This document shows positions 18,383 through 33,636 of a stretch of 64,000 bases of DNA, piece by piece. The notes under the pieces are model-generated. The model saw only the letters and a list, made by a program, of their open reading frames with translations, had not been told where the DNA came from and did not search any database. Positions within the stretch are counted from its first letter, which is position 1. Each line of letters begins with the position of its first letter. Location: positions 9,176,001 through 9,240,000 of the forward strand of contig OZ059895.1 in the NCBI GenBank assembly GCA_964057225.1, in the 5' to 3' direction. The translations under genes and the position numbers were made by a program. Source of the stretch: Auanema rhodensis. Lineage: Eukaryota; Animalia; Nematoda.

Positions 18383-21300
18383 TCTCTTTCAACGAAAATA
18401 TGTACTTTAATTAGCATACAGATACCGTTTATCACTAGTGAGAACTAGTAATGTTATTCTGATTCACTGTGTAGTTTATAGTTAGTGGAATGTCCGAGAA
18501 AGGCCAGAAACCTTTAATTTTCAGAGGTATGTAGAAAAACGTTTTATAACAATAATCATCATTCTTTACTGGTGTGGGCGAATATTAGGAGACTGTTTAG
18601 AGCACCATTCTTCCGGTTTCTGTTCTGGCAATATGGAGCGCAGAAAAAGTTTTTTATTGTTTGCTCGGTCTATGTCCGGACTTTGCCAGCTCATCAGCCC
18701 TCTTAGACCCCCTGGTTTTAAATTTTTTTCATGTCGTTGTATGTTTCATTCTCCGTCATTTCCTACAAAATAAGTTTTCTGTTAAACTTTTTTGTGCATT
18801 TCCCATATCATGCGTTAGTTAAATTTCATATCTTTTTATTACCTTGTTTTTTTTTATTAAAATAGGTTTAATGAATGAGCTAATTATGTTTTCACTTTCT
18901 AAGACTCACTGTTGTTTTAAGCTGGTTCAGGCGCCCTCTTATAAATATATTTTGTAGCTAGTTACACTGGTTACAATCATTTTGAAGCCGTCTGTTATTT
19001 TCAGTGTGTATTTTTTCCGGACATCTGAAGCTTATGCTCTTCTGTATTGGGATAAACTTTCGATTTTTTTGCTCCATGCTAGCTTCGGTGACCGGTTTTC
19101 GAAGTGGCCAGAGCACACTGACCATTGACGGATTCCGGATTTCCTGCCAAGAACATCCATGTTAGCTTAGGTTCACATCTAAGCAAACCTTATTAGATTT
19201 TTAAATTTTGAGTTACATTTTTAAAGATTTTATATATTCATTTTCCTCTTGCTCTTTTTTTCTTGTAATATCATAGTTTTGTATTTTTCAAAATATTATG
19301 TGTATGTTCTTGTTGGCTTTACAAATATTCATTTTGTTTAAGAAAAAGAAAACTAGTGCAGATTTCAAGTTCAATAGTGAAAACTGGGATTTAACCCTGA
19401 TGTTTCATCATTTTTCATCCTTTCTTTCGATTTCTACCGTCAGACTAGCATGAAGTGTATGCTTTCTGCATTATGTGTATAATTGCTTCATTGAAAGAGA
19501 AAGGTCTGATAATAGCTAAACTGCATGATATATAAAAAACTTTTCCCGATCCGAAACTGATTAAAGCTTTGATTAAAGTCTTGTAAGAAGCATTCTTCTG
19601 TTTCTGGAAGCATATTCAAGTATTCCTCCCGCTTATACGGTTTTACATTGGGGTGAAACCGAGAATATGGTTGATCCGGCTGTTTAATCAGCAATGTGAG
19701 AAGTTCATAACATCATCGACCCACAAATCTCACGAGAAATATTCTTTGTTCATCATTGTTTCCGCTTTTCATGGTTTAGAGCCTTTAAGATATTTACGTA
19801 AAAACGTGCCCTCTCCCGGTCCGGTAGTTCGTACGCTAGATCAGATGACACGAATTATTTGGAAGCCTGTCTGTAAATGTTTCAATCTCCTTTTCTCTTA
19901 TAGTAAGCGTGATTTCAAAATATATGAATCATATAATCTATTTACTTGCGTTCTGCCATTACATTTACTATATTTGTAGTTACAACATTGAATTAACTCA
20001 TAGTAGTTTTTTTAGTTTTGAGCCAAGAGTTCATTCAGATTATCATGAAACGTTATATAGAAAACTATTTTACTCTTACAGTAATATTCACTCCTATGAA
20101 CTCGCTATATGAATTACGTAGATTTCACTAGTGCGAATAGTTATATTCTCGTTTTCGTGCAAAGCTCTTGTCACCAACGTGATGTCAACACCTTGACGAT
20201 CATCGCCGTCATCTTTTTCTTGTTCTTTCAGCAACATCCTAATAAACACGTGTCGCATACTTATCATAACCTTAATTTTCTTTTCCGTGACAAGATGCTG
20301 ACGTATGAATATCGATACTCGTTCTATGGAAAAAAAATCATAAAAAACCAAAAATTTAAAAATTCACAATTTTGATCATAATTGCTTATCTAGATTTTTC
20401 GTATTTTTCTAGAATAAGATATTAATAAATCTCATAGTTCACATTGCGCTATATATGGCCAGTCTCAAAGAGCATGTTCAAAGTTATTTCGGAACTTTTT
20501 CAAGGAACTAGCTTTATCATCTCAGTTTAAAGTTGCCGTTGCATGCCTTCTTTCTACTGTAAACGAATCAGGCGAGAGGTACCTTATAAAGCGGATAAGT
20601 GTTATAATCATTCATTCCTGTAGACAATTTCAACTCAAGTTTATTCGCTTATCACATTTTTAGCTTTTCTCTTTTCGCTTTCCGTTTTTTCATCTGAATT
20701 CTCTTCCTTCTATATACTATGTAACATATCTTTTCCTTTTTTCCCCCCATCTTGCCGGCTTTCACTTCGATTTTTTCACTTTCACTCATAGGAAGGTAGA
20801 AGTGATGAGATGAAATTATCAAGAGATAGATTGACAGATACCTTCACCTATCGTCCTTTTCTGGCATATCAATTAAGTTTTTTTTGGCTTGATTTACATA
20901 CTCAAGTTCTTGATTTTGTTTTCCATTACCAATCTTTAATTATGTTCTTATTCGTTCTCTGCGCTCATTCATTAAAAATTATTTTAGTTCATCGCCTTCT
21001 AAAGTAATTTGCAAAATTAGTAATAAACTTTGAAAAAACCATTTGTAACAATATATTTTTTGCTACAAAATTCATTGTTCTAAATAAGAATAAGGTTGTA
21101 GAAAGCTGTTGTTTGCGGCAAAACAGAAACCTGTGAAAACAGGTTACTTTGATAACCTTTTGTCAACTGGTTGACATAATATATTGATAATTGTTAGTTA
21201 TAATAAGTTGTAAAAGGTATTAATTATGCTTAATAGATATTTATATTTCTATTTGTACATGTACTGTTTCTATTACCTGTATGATAAAACAGTTTGTGTA

Positions 21301-23495
21301 GTAGTTACAGTTTGTGAAACTGAGATTTAACCACGGATTTTTACTATTTGTTTCCAATTTCTCTTCAAAAAACATTTGAAAATTGAAAAGAGATTGATGA
21401 AATTGAAACTAGCACAAGGTTCAAAATCCTTTTTTCCTGCATGGGGCTGCTTTTCTGTATAATAAAACTGGTACAAGGTAACGTTGAACAACTTGCTTGA
21501 AGCTGCACAGATATAAAATCATGTTCGACCATGCAGCAGAAACGATACTTTTTTGAAGATGCTGTAAGTATTTAAACTTTTAAAAGGTTAAATTGAGTTT
21601 CACCTATACCGTGTGCCACATTCGTGACCTTTTTGGGTCAAGACACACTGTCAATTTCTTCGATGTTCAATCTATATTATCTAGGTGTTCCATTTTTTTG
21701 CGATTATTTAAATAATCATTTATTTCCTTTTTATTTTTCTTAATAATGAGATTTGTAACAATCTGGACTCAACAGTATACTACATCTAGTTGCTGTAGAA
21801 CGCGATATACTTGAAATTCCTATGCACATGAACCAGCTTGGGTTGTAAAGTATATCCATGTTGTTGATTGCCATCACTATACATGATCCCTTTTTGTCAA
21901 TACGTGATACCTTGCTTCTAAATCAATCCCAATCAATCCTTCATTCTCAACTAACTGTGTGAACCACTATCCAACATACATGTACTGTCTTTCTCCCAGT
22001 TTTCTCGTACTTGTCTTCGTCTTGTTTGGCTTCCAGGTCGTGTCTTAACTGCTTCTGCAGTCATTGGCAGCCAGAAATAGAAGAAGCAGACTGACGCCAA
22101 CGACAACGATATCAACTACACTGATGAGACGTTGATGACGATGTAGTCAGAAGCCTGTTTTGTCTCCCGATGAACGACGACGATTCACTCTCATCCATAT
22201 AATTACACCTGACCTACACATAAGTAGAAGCATTCACTATTTTTTACTATCATCCTTCTTTCAAACCAATCATATAATGTCTTTTTTTCCTTTTAATTTC
22301 TAATTCTTCAAGTCTACTGATATTTCCATTAGTGCAACTTTCAAAGTTCCAAATGTATGATCATTCATATCCATCACAACTCTCGTTTTTCATTTTTTGG
22401 TTATTCTATCATCCTCACTGACCTAATTAGAAAACCTGAAAGAAATTACAGATATGTTGCACTTTCAAACAACTTATTTGAGCTAAATAAACGGAGGAGT
22501 AGCTCTTGTTTTTCCAGTGTCGCCTCGCCCAGTCAGGTCAACTCCGCCTATTTCTCTCTCATTTTCATCAAAATCTTCTTTCGTATCCTTGTCTTCGTTT
22601 CCACCTTGATCTTGCTTACGATTTCGGTTAAAATGTGGGCGGAGCCAATGAAAAAGAAATGAGATAATAAGATATAGAGGGACAGAAAATCAAAAGGCGT
22701 TAGAGACAGCTGAAGAGAAAGAGAGAAATGAGAGGGGTGAGAGAGAAAACAGGAGATCTAATTCTGACCTTGCTTAGATCTCTTTCGTTCACTTTCCCTA
22801 GCTATCATACTACCATTTCAGCGCAGACAACCTCCTGTTCACCTCATTGCTCAGTCGGTCTGATATGATCAATCATTTTAGATCGTACTTTATAAGGAGT
22901 TTTAACCTCACCGTACCAGCCTTACTGATCGAGAGAAAGCTCGCCGAACACTAAAAATGCTCAGTCTCAACTTAATAATGTTGTTCCTGAAACTGAAAGC
23001 ATAGTCTACTTGACACTATATTCTGCATAATTAATTTAGCATTTAACGATGTTATAATGTTCTCCCTAAAAAAGCAACACAAACAAGTATCTAATGACGA
23101 TCTATTTTCTTATTTTATGCCACTTTTGAACTCTATCTTTTATTTCTTTCGTTGCTGTTCTTATCGTTTTTATAATATTCGCTAATCTTCAATCATTTTA
23201 TATTACCATTCTTTGCTATGCTATTTATCTCTTTTCTTTTCTTTTCCATGACTTTTGACTCGTTTTAAAAGATGGTTTAATGATAAGAAATATTCTTAAC
23301 TATATCATATAGACAGATTTTAACTTAAACTTCTTATCGTAAACGTATTCTCACTTTGCTTGTAATACAAATACTATAAATTTCTTATTTTAGATAGCTG
23401 GAATTAACTCCGATTCCTTCTATCTACTCAATTTGGTTCTACATTCGCCCAAAACTACCCATCATTATTTGAAGCTCTTATCATAAGAAGAAATC

Positions 23496-24982
23496 ATGAA
23501 GACCTTATGGTAAGTACGATTAGTGATTAGAAATATTCTTAACAGCTACAAAGTTACTAAGAAACTAATCTATTCTTTAACTTTTAAATGTTTCGTTTCG
23601 TTTTGTTATAAATTATTTCAAATTGACACAAACAAACGGAAAATTTTGAATGAATATATATTTTTTTGCTTTACGATAACTGAATAAGCTTTTCTATAAT
23701 TTGCATGTGTTCTCTTGAAAAGAAACTTTTGAAAATGAACAATCAATCTCTAAAATATTCGTCTCGTTATTCTGTTTTTATTTTATGGAAAGACGTTTTG
23801 TTGATAACAAGGGGGAAAGTATGAAAAAAGAAGGAGGAATTTGAAGGTAAGGGGAACTGATATGTGCCACTGGGGGGCGTCGAGCTTCTATATCAGAGTA
23901 TATTAAATTTTTGTTGCGGTACAAACTGGCCAAAATAGATCTTTTTTTAAAGTTTAAAATGTTCTTACTCTTAACAATTATATAACCATTAGTATTGATA
24001 ATAATAATACAGATATAATGGAATAATCTCAGACGCAAGAAAGATAAAAGGAAATCAGAAAAAGAAAAGAAAAAGAGAATAAAGAGAGAGAGGGTGGAAA
24101 GAGAGAAACGAGGATAAAAACGTGTTTTTTAACTCTTCGTTTCGTTTGTAAAGCGAAGTCTAAAGAAAGAGAGAGTGAAAAACGATAACATCATCAAAGA
24201 AGAAAGGATCAGGCATCATGAAGCCATCATCATGAAACCAATCATCATCTTCTTTATCAGCTAACACAATTCCTATTTCTTGTCTGCATTTCATTTAGAA
24301 GTGGCATCAAAAAATTAATCTGTAATCGGTTGTTACTACGATTTCTCAGTTCAGCAAATATCCGTTCGGAAACATCATTGTTTCATATGCTCCATCATAG
24401 ATATTTTCCTCTATATCCACTTCCAAACGGTGATGTTAAGAAAACCGAAATTAGAAGTCGGAAGATCGCCTGAAAAACGAGGTCACGCTGTCTCGAGAAA
24501 GCCAAATAGCAGGTCCCGGGTTGGATTCCATGTTGTTGTATGATCATGGACCGACAAAATCATTTATCCTGGTCACACGTCCTAGAATTTTCCAAACTCG
24601 GCTGATTCCTTAATCGTGAGATACAATAACCTCTCATGTTCTTGTTAATAACAATCGGAAAATGAATGATTCAATATCATAATACTTGCAGGATTTTTCT
24701 TCTACTGATCTCTCTGCTCGCAACTTCGTCGATTGCATTTCCTCTCTTCGGCGGTAGTAGCGCTACAGAGGATATCACGTTGGCTGATCCAGCAGTAATT
24801 ATACATCACAGACATAAAAAGGTTTGTTCTTAGCAATCCTTAATAAGGCATGATTAAATTTTTCTTTCCAGCATCACATACGAAACAAGCATCGCCGTCG
24901 TAGTTTATCATCAAAGGAAGATGCCAAAGCTCGTCGCAACAAGCAAGTCATGCTAACGAAGCCATACTGGCCCTGGCCATAA
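23496..24982 (+). CDS. Small secreted peptide precursor, 84 aa, 3 coding exons (23496-23509, 24692-24821, 24872-24982)
   Basis: Canonical splice sites join in frame to give MKTLWIFLLLISLLATSSIAFPLFGGSSATEDITLADPAVIIHHRHKKHHIRNKHRRRSLSSKEDAKARRNKQVMLTKPYWPWP-stop, with a signal peptide and basic cleavage sites. Confidence 0.85.
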
Positions 24983-25636
24983 CTGCCAAAATTCTAAAAT
25001 TTACAGTTCTAAGTACGATTACTCAGCCAAATTCATGACGATCTGATTTGAATTCGTTAGCTTCTGATTTGCCCATTATCTCGATCTCACTTAATAATTC
25101 ATGCCATATTACAGTTATTGTATTTATAAATCTTCAAAATAGAACTCGAATCTCCCACCATTTCTTTCATTATATTTCTATTCATTATGTTCAAAATGTA
25201 CAGCTATATAAATAACTTGTATTTTTAAAATTTTCAGTATTATAAAACATATTCTACAGTAACTGTCTTGATATTTCATATCGAATTTGAAAACAAAATT
25301 TCTTCCCACAGAATACATATGGCAGAAATTTGAATTGGTATAATAGAAAACCAAGATGTCTTCTATAATCATGAAACAGAAGGGATATTTTATAATTTTA
25401 TCAACTCCTTCATATCCATCAAAGTACAGCATGATAACGTGGTGCAGAAGATATATTATATTTATGAGATGTTGAGTGGATGATAATTATCGCAAATTAT
25501 ATAACGGGATAGGATTAGAATTACGCAATAACATCATTTACAGTTCAGACGAAGTCATCACAGAAAATATTCAACAATACAAGAGGAATTCCTTCAAATT
25601 TTAAAATAGCTTTAATTTTTAAGCCTTTAATACGTT

Positions 25637-28313
<2,677 letters not shown>

Positions 28314-28702
28314 CCTGAATAAATAGCGATTAAGCAATTTCGAACATCTTGAAATATATTACGTACACGCTAAAGAAAATGTACGCAATCAAAATTATAT
28401 ATAAATTATATAATTATTTATATATATATATAATATAATATATATAATAAGATATTAAGAAATGAAAGGAATCATATAATTATATTAAAATAATTTCTTT
28501 CTTTCTTTTTTTAATTTTTATGCTTTCATATAAAACATGTGAATTAGACATCTAACATTATCAATAAATATTAAGATCATTAGTAAATCTGATGATTCTG
28601 TCAAATTTTTGCCATTTCTTTAAACTTTCATTGCAAATATCACAATTTCGTATACAACATTTATTCAATAAGCGAGTTTTATTAAAAAAACAATTTCTGA
28701 AT

Positions 28703-29521
28703 TTAAGCGTCAAAATGTTCTTTGTCGAAGACATATTCTCCCATTCCTTTTCCAAGTCTCTTCAAGTTTGCGACCATCTTAGCAATTTCAGAAATAGAAT
28801 TAACCTAAAAATTGATATTGTTATTTGGTTTCCATTCACGACTCTACTTGTTCATCCAAGAATTTTCCCTCTAAGAAATCGCTAGTGTGAGCATCATTAC
28901 ACTTTCCTGAAACGGCGTGAAGAGCGAGAAGAGATTCGTTGTTGAATTTCTCCAAAGCAAGGGCAGCCTTAAAATTATTTCTAAAAAGATAAGAGAATAA
29001 ATCTTATCAAGCTGCGCATTGCAATCCTTTCTGATAAAAGTTATAGGGTTATTCATATAAATTTTGTAAATAAGCTCATAGAGCATTAATAATATTTTAT
29101 ACTATGGACGGTAATTTAATCAAGCAATACTTACCTCGAAAGCATCAAGAGCAGACTCCCAAGAATTTTGCTCTGGTTTCTGAATAGCATTAAGAACAAC
29201 TCTTCCACCTCTTAGGTTTTGGAAGCGCATAAATTCTTGTGCATGCTCACGTTCTTCATCTGATTGCTTACGGAACCATCTGTAACGGCCCAATTATATT
29301 AACGATATAATTAAAAAATTTCTACTTGGCAACATTGGAAAGTGCAATATCGTCTCTGTCGAAATGACATGCCATGGAGAGATATACGTAAGAAGCATAG
29401 AGCTCAATGTTGATCTGAACTACTTAATTAAAAAATCTCATTATTCCACACTCACCTGCTTGTTAATCGCAGCTTCAACATCGGGAAGATAATTTTGACG
29501 AACAAGAGATTCCGAAGTCAT
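28703..29521 (-). CDS. ftn-2: Ferritin (H-type)
   Basis: [47 protein letters not shown]...[25 protein letters not shown]...[14 protein letters not shown]. The ftn-1 versus ftn-2 call is tentative and rests on recalled synteny only. Confidence 0.93.
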
Positions 29522-30178
29522 TTTCTAAAGTATAACAATGAAAAAATATACATTAAGGTTAATAAAGACAGTTGATCAATAACAACGTGATAAGGTTAAA
29601 ATTGGGTAGATACTATTGAATAGCAAAAATGTCAAAATATCTCATGAAAACAAGATTGAACATCGATTATCTAAATAAATATTTTGATTGAACTACATCA
29701 CGAAACAGGCGCATGTTAGGATTAGGGCAACTATTTTTTTAAATATCAAGAATTTAAAGGTAGAAATACAAATGAACACATTGACCTAAATACAATAGTA
29801 TGATATGGCTTATCATATGAAATAAACCAGTCAACTAATCATTTTCGACTACTGATTAATTCTCATGCCGTTATCTCCCGCCAAACTTAATCATTACCAT
29901 TGAAAAATAAATAGATTTTTTTTGTTGAAATACTGTATTGTATTTAATGGAAAGACGTTTTCACAGTTGTATTATGTGTTTTGGAAGTTGGTAACTTTGA
30001 TATTCTTCCAGATTGTTGCCTTTAAATAACAAAATAAGTTTTATTCATTACATATTAAAAATTGTATTACAATATTAAAAAAATAATTAAAGCAGTCCAT
30101 TAGAAGAATATATTATATAAAATATTAAACAAAATAATAATACTGCATACTTAGTATATCAATTGTAACTCAGTTTGA

Positions 30179-32680
30179 TCATTGTTGCTTTTTTATTACT
30201 GCTCCGAGTTTAGTTATGCTCATCTGGAAACCATACTATAATTTATGTCTTTAATAAATAACATACTTGTGTTGCGAATTCTAGACTATTTTTAGTCTCT
30301 TCCTCCTGAGCACTAGCAGGACTTATGCCAACAATCACCAGTGTTTTGGAATTTCCCGCGCCTAAACTATCCATGAGTAGCGTGGTTAGTTTAGAATCAC
30401 GATAAGGGACGGGTTCGCTCTATAAAACAACAAGTTGAGAGAATAAATTCAACATCAAATCCATACTAAAAGTTGTGTTCTGATACAGGTCTCAAAGGCA
30501 GAGAGCTTATGGAATCCACACCTTGGTTGTGGGGTTTGAGTTTTATCAACACGAGAAGCAGATTTCTCAACAAAGGAGAGAACCGAATTCAGTTCCAAAT
30601 CTGGAAAAGAAAAATGCATAACGGGATAAAATATGAAACATACTAAGAATATCATTACGAGCTTCAATATGCACTCTCAATACCCTATGTTTTCCGGTAA
30701 AGGTATCATTGCAGTTGGTTGCAGCTGCGGAATCATATTGATTTGCAACGTTCAATATATAAGTAATCTGAATAGTAATCTGAATACTCTAACTCAATAT
30801 GAAGATTACATCTTCTTCAGAATCGATTGTTGTTTTAACAACACCAGAGACTACACAGGTTCCTGACTCAATCTTTAGTTCAATTTTCTGACGATTATTG
30901 AGTAAATCATACACTTCCTCCATGTAAATTTCCAAAAAAGAGCCTTTGAAGTCAAACTAAATACAAATTAACAAGACTAGTACTTCTACTTTCTGTTTAC
31001 CTCCCATCCCAACCCCGATAGTTCATTCTTACGCTGAAAAATGCATTTCGCTGCTCTTGGAATGAGTCCCTCTTGATCATCAGAACCTTAAAACAAGTAT
31101 ACATTAACTCTAAAGAAAACACTGACCTCCGATCATTGTATAAGTTTTTCCACTCCCTGGTTGACCGAAACATATGAGCGATACGTTGTATCCGTGTAAA
31201 CATGACTAAATACTTCAAATTAGGGTTATAAATGTTAAGTTTAATACATGAACAAGTTCTTCAACATCTTCGAATAATTTACGCTGAGTTGTAGTTGGTC
31301 CATACACTTTTAGATACTTATAAGAAGTAGCTTCCTCGTTCTTGAATTTCAGTTATTATTCTTTTTAAAACGTATGATGTTTATCTTACAGAGCCAGCTC
31401 GTATTATAAAGGGAGTTGGATATTCTAGAGAACCACATTGTTCATCGTTTATTAGAGGTCGAACTCTTACTGCCACTCGGATTTGTCCCTAAAGACTATA
31501 CTGTAGACAGATTTTATAAATTAAAGTTCACCAAAAGAAAAACAATGAGATTCAAAACAAATTTGAACTTTGGTATTGAATTGATAGCCCAAAGTTTGTC
31601 ACTTACTCTAAGATCTACAGCGTCATTTAATAGTTTTCTTAATTGTAAATCAGAATTTCGTAGATCAGATCGCAAGCCATCCTCTACTTCCTGCAGTTTA
31701 GCAATCTGTGCTTTACCTCGTTTAATTTCTTTATCCAAATAAGAACTTTTTTCCTTCAATCTCTCATACTTTACCTGAACAAAAATTAAAAACTTAAAAG
31801 TGTACAAGAATAATTACCATCGAATTGACATGTTTCTTATTTAACGATTCCAATTGCCCATGCATTCGACCAAAATGGTCTTGACCACTCAGAACCTTAA
31901 ACAAAGTAAATATAATAAATGTCATAAGATTGGAAACTTTACAAGTTCATCTCTGAAATCAAGTTTTCGTTGCATTAATGTCAAATCAAATTTTTGCTCC
32001 TCATATTTTTTTTCATTTTCTTTAATTTCTTTCTCGTAATTCAGAATCTTTTTTTCGTTCTCAGTTTGCTGCAACTGCAGTTGGGAGATTAACTCCTCTT
32101 GAGATTTGATGATGTCTTGCAATGCACTCTCTTCCAAACCAAAGCTTGGCAATTTTGCGCTTGCTTCATGATCACTTGGAAAAAAGTCATAATCTGGGGA
32201 GGTTGCACCAAGATCATTTGAGGTGGCACCAAGATCATTTGAGGTGGCATCAAGGTCATTCGAGGTGGCATCATGGTTATTTTTCTAAATAGTGGTAAAA
32301 ATGTTACAGTATATTTGACCAAATTGTTTGCTTACTGTAGGTGTCTTTTTAGTTGCTGAAAAAAAAAGATAAATTCAGTAAAATAGGTTTTGCCTACGTT
32401 TCGACCGAGGAGTATTAGAAGCTCTTTTAGTTCTAGAACGTTTCAATCCAGAAGAAGCTGTTTCAAAAATTACAATCACGCTTATGATTTTAAACATACT
32501 TGAAAAAAAAGAAGGTCTTATGAGACGAGTAAATTCCCTGCTTCTACGTCTCAGGTTAGCAGCATGTCCAACTCTCACTGATGAACCTATTCGTTTCTCA
32601 AGTTATAAGGTAGATATATTTGATATACCTGCTTTACTGCGGGTTTTCAGAAGTGATTTAGAAATTGGAGTTTCAGGCAT
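30179..32680 (-). CDS. Kinesin-14 family (C-terminal motor) protein with degenerate switch motifs
   Basis: Basic tail starting [17 protein letters not shown], then coiled coil. Kinesin-14 neck [23 protein letters not shown]-loop [74 protein letters not shown]. Confidence 0.88.
32190..32275 (-). repeat. 21-bp coding tandem repeat (~4 copies; ATSNDL[D/G]) in the kinesin tail
   Basis: gcaccaagatcatttgaggtg repeated with variants; translates as [30 protein letters not shown]. Confidence 0.85.
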
Positions 32681-33636
32681 TATGTCTATAAAAAGTTTAC
32701 GACAAATTTTTAGATTTGAAGGAATCTATGTATTAAAAATTAGCTAATTTTATGTTTAAGTTATTGAGGCCACGTATGCAGTGCTCAAACTGAAGGTAAT
32801 GGGCAGTGATAATCTGCAGGCACTCCAAATAAATCTCCCTTTTCAATCAATTTCCCTTTCTAATAGATGGTGATATTCGAAAACCCCTAGATACGGTAAC
32901 TAAGGTGTTCAAAAAAAAAAAAGTCGCGCCCACCCTAAAATGCTAGCGCATACTTAGATGTTAGCACAAACAAAATGTTGACGTGAACTTGGTGGCAGCT
33001 TAGTATAAGTGAGACTGAAGAACACTGGCAGCGTTACATGAAATGCCTTCGGATTTTAGAAACCGAAGTTGTGTTTTATAATAATTTTAAAGCTATGCAT
33101 AATCTCTTTAAAGTGTTAAGCTATAGGTTAATTAAAAAAAATAATATATAGTTGATTTTATTTTCATTTTAACGATATGCTATTTTTTCTAAGTGCTGTA
33201 CTAACTTGATAAAATAAAACGTTAGTTAATAAACTTTATATTTTTCCAAAACATTAATATACTATACATATACTCCTGCTTTTCCCTATTCACATTTTGA
33301 AATGTAATATTATAAATTGGACATGTCATATTTTAATGACTTAGTCTTATCGTATTCGTCTAAAATTTTTGAGCTTTAAACATTCAGAACCTCGGACTCT
33401 GGTCTCTTTATTCTTTGAGCTAAAAGGCTTTCAAAATTTTTTGAAAAGAGCCGATAAATGACATTGATGCTACTCTCAAATATGCCATGGGTTCCTATGC
33501 GTCTCTAACATGGTCTGTGCAAATCCTCTACGCTAATACTCTTTTTCTTCTCTGTTGTCCATATTTTTACTTCTTTAAATGTAGTCTATCTGCTTCATTA
33601 TTTTTTTGATTGAAGTTGATTTTAGTTTTTTAAGCC

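Noticed and set aside
18487-18515. GGAATGTCCGAGA resembling RNase P RNA conserved region I
   Set aside because: I found no matching CR-V (ACnnAAnUC) motif at a plausible distance; the similarity is too short.
18600-19220. Telomerase RNA identity for the structured region
   Set aside because: There is no clear single-stranded template for TTAGGC on the plus strand and only weak H/ACA-like boxes; kept as an unassigned candidate.
19488-20375. Short ORFs on both strands suggesting a gene or pseudogene
   Set aside because: Could not be spliced into a continuous frame; all frames after the best acceptor hit stops, and no motif is recognisable.
22120-22212. TGATGA...CTGA pair as a C/D-box snoRNA
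   Set aside because: No terminal stem and no rRNA-complementary guide that I recognise.
18300-25100. Known conserved miRNAs (let-7, lin-4, mir-1, mir-35 family and others) in the long intergenic region
   Set aside because: No mature sequence recognised by eye; a miRBase/Rfam search would be needed to exclude them properly.
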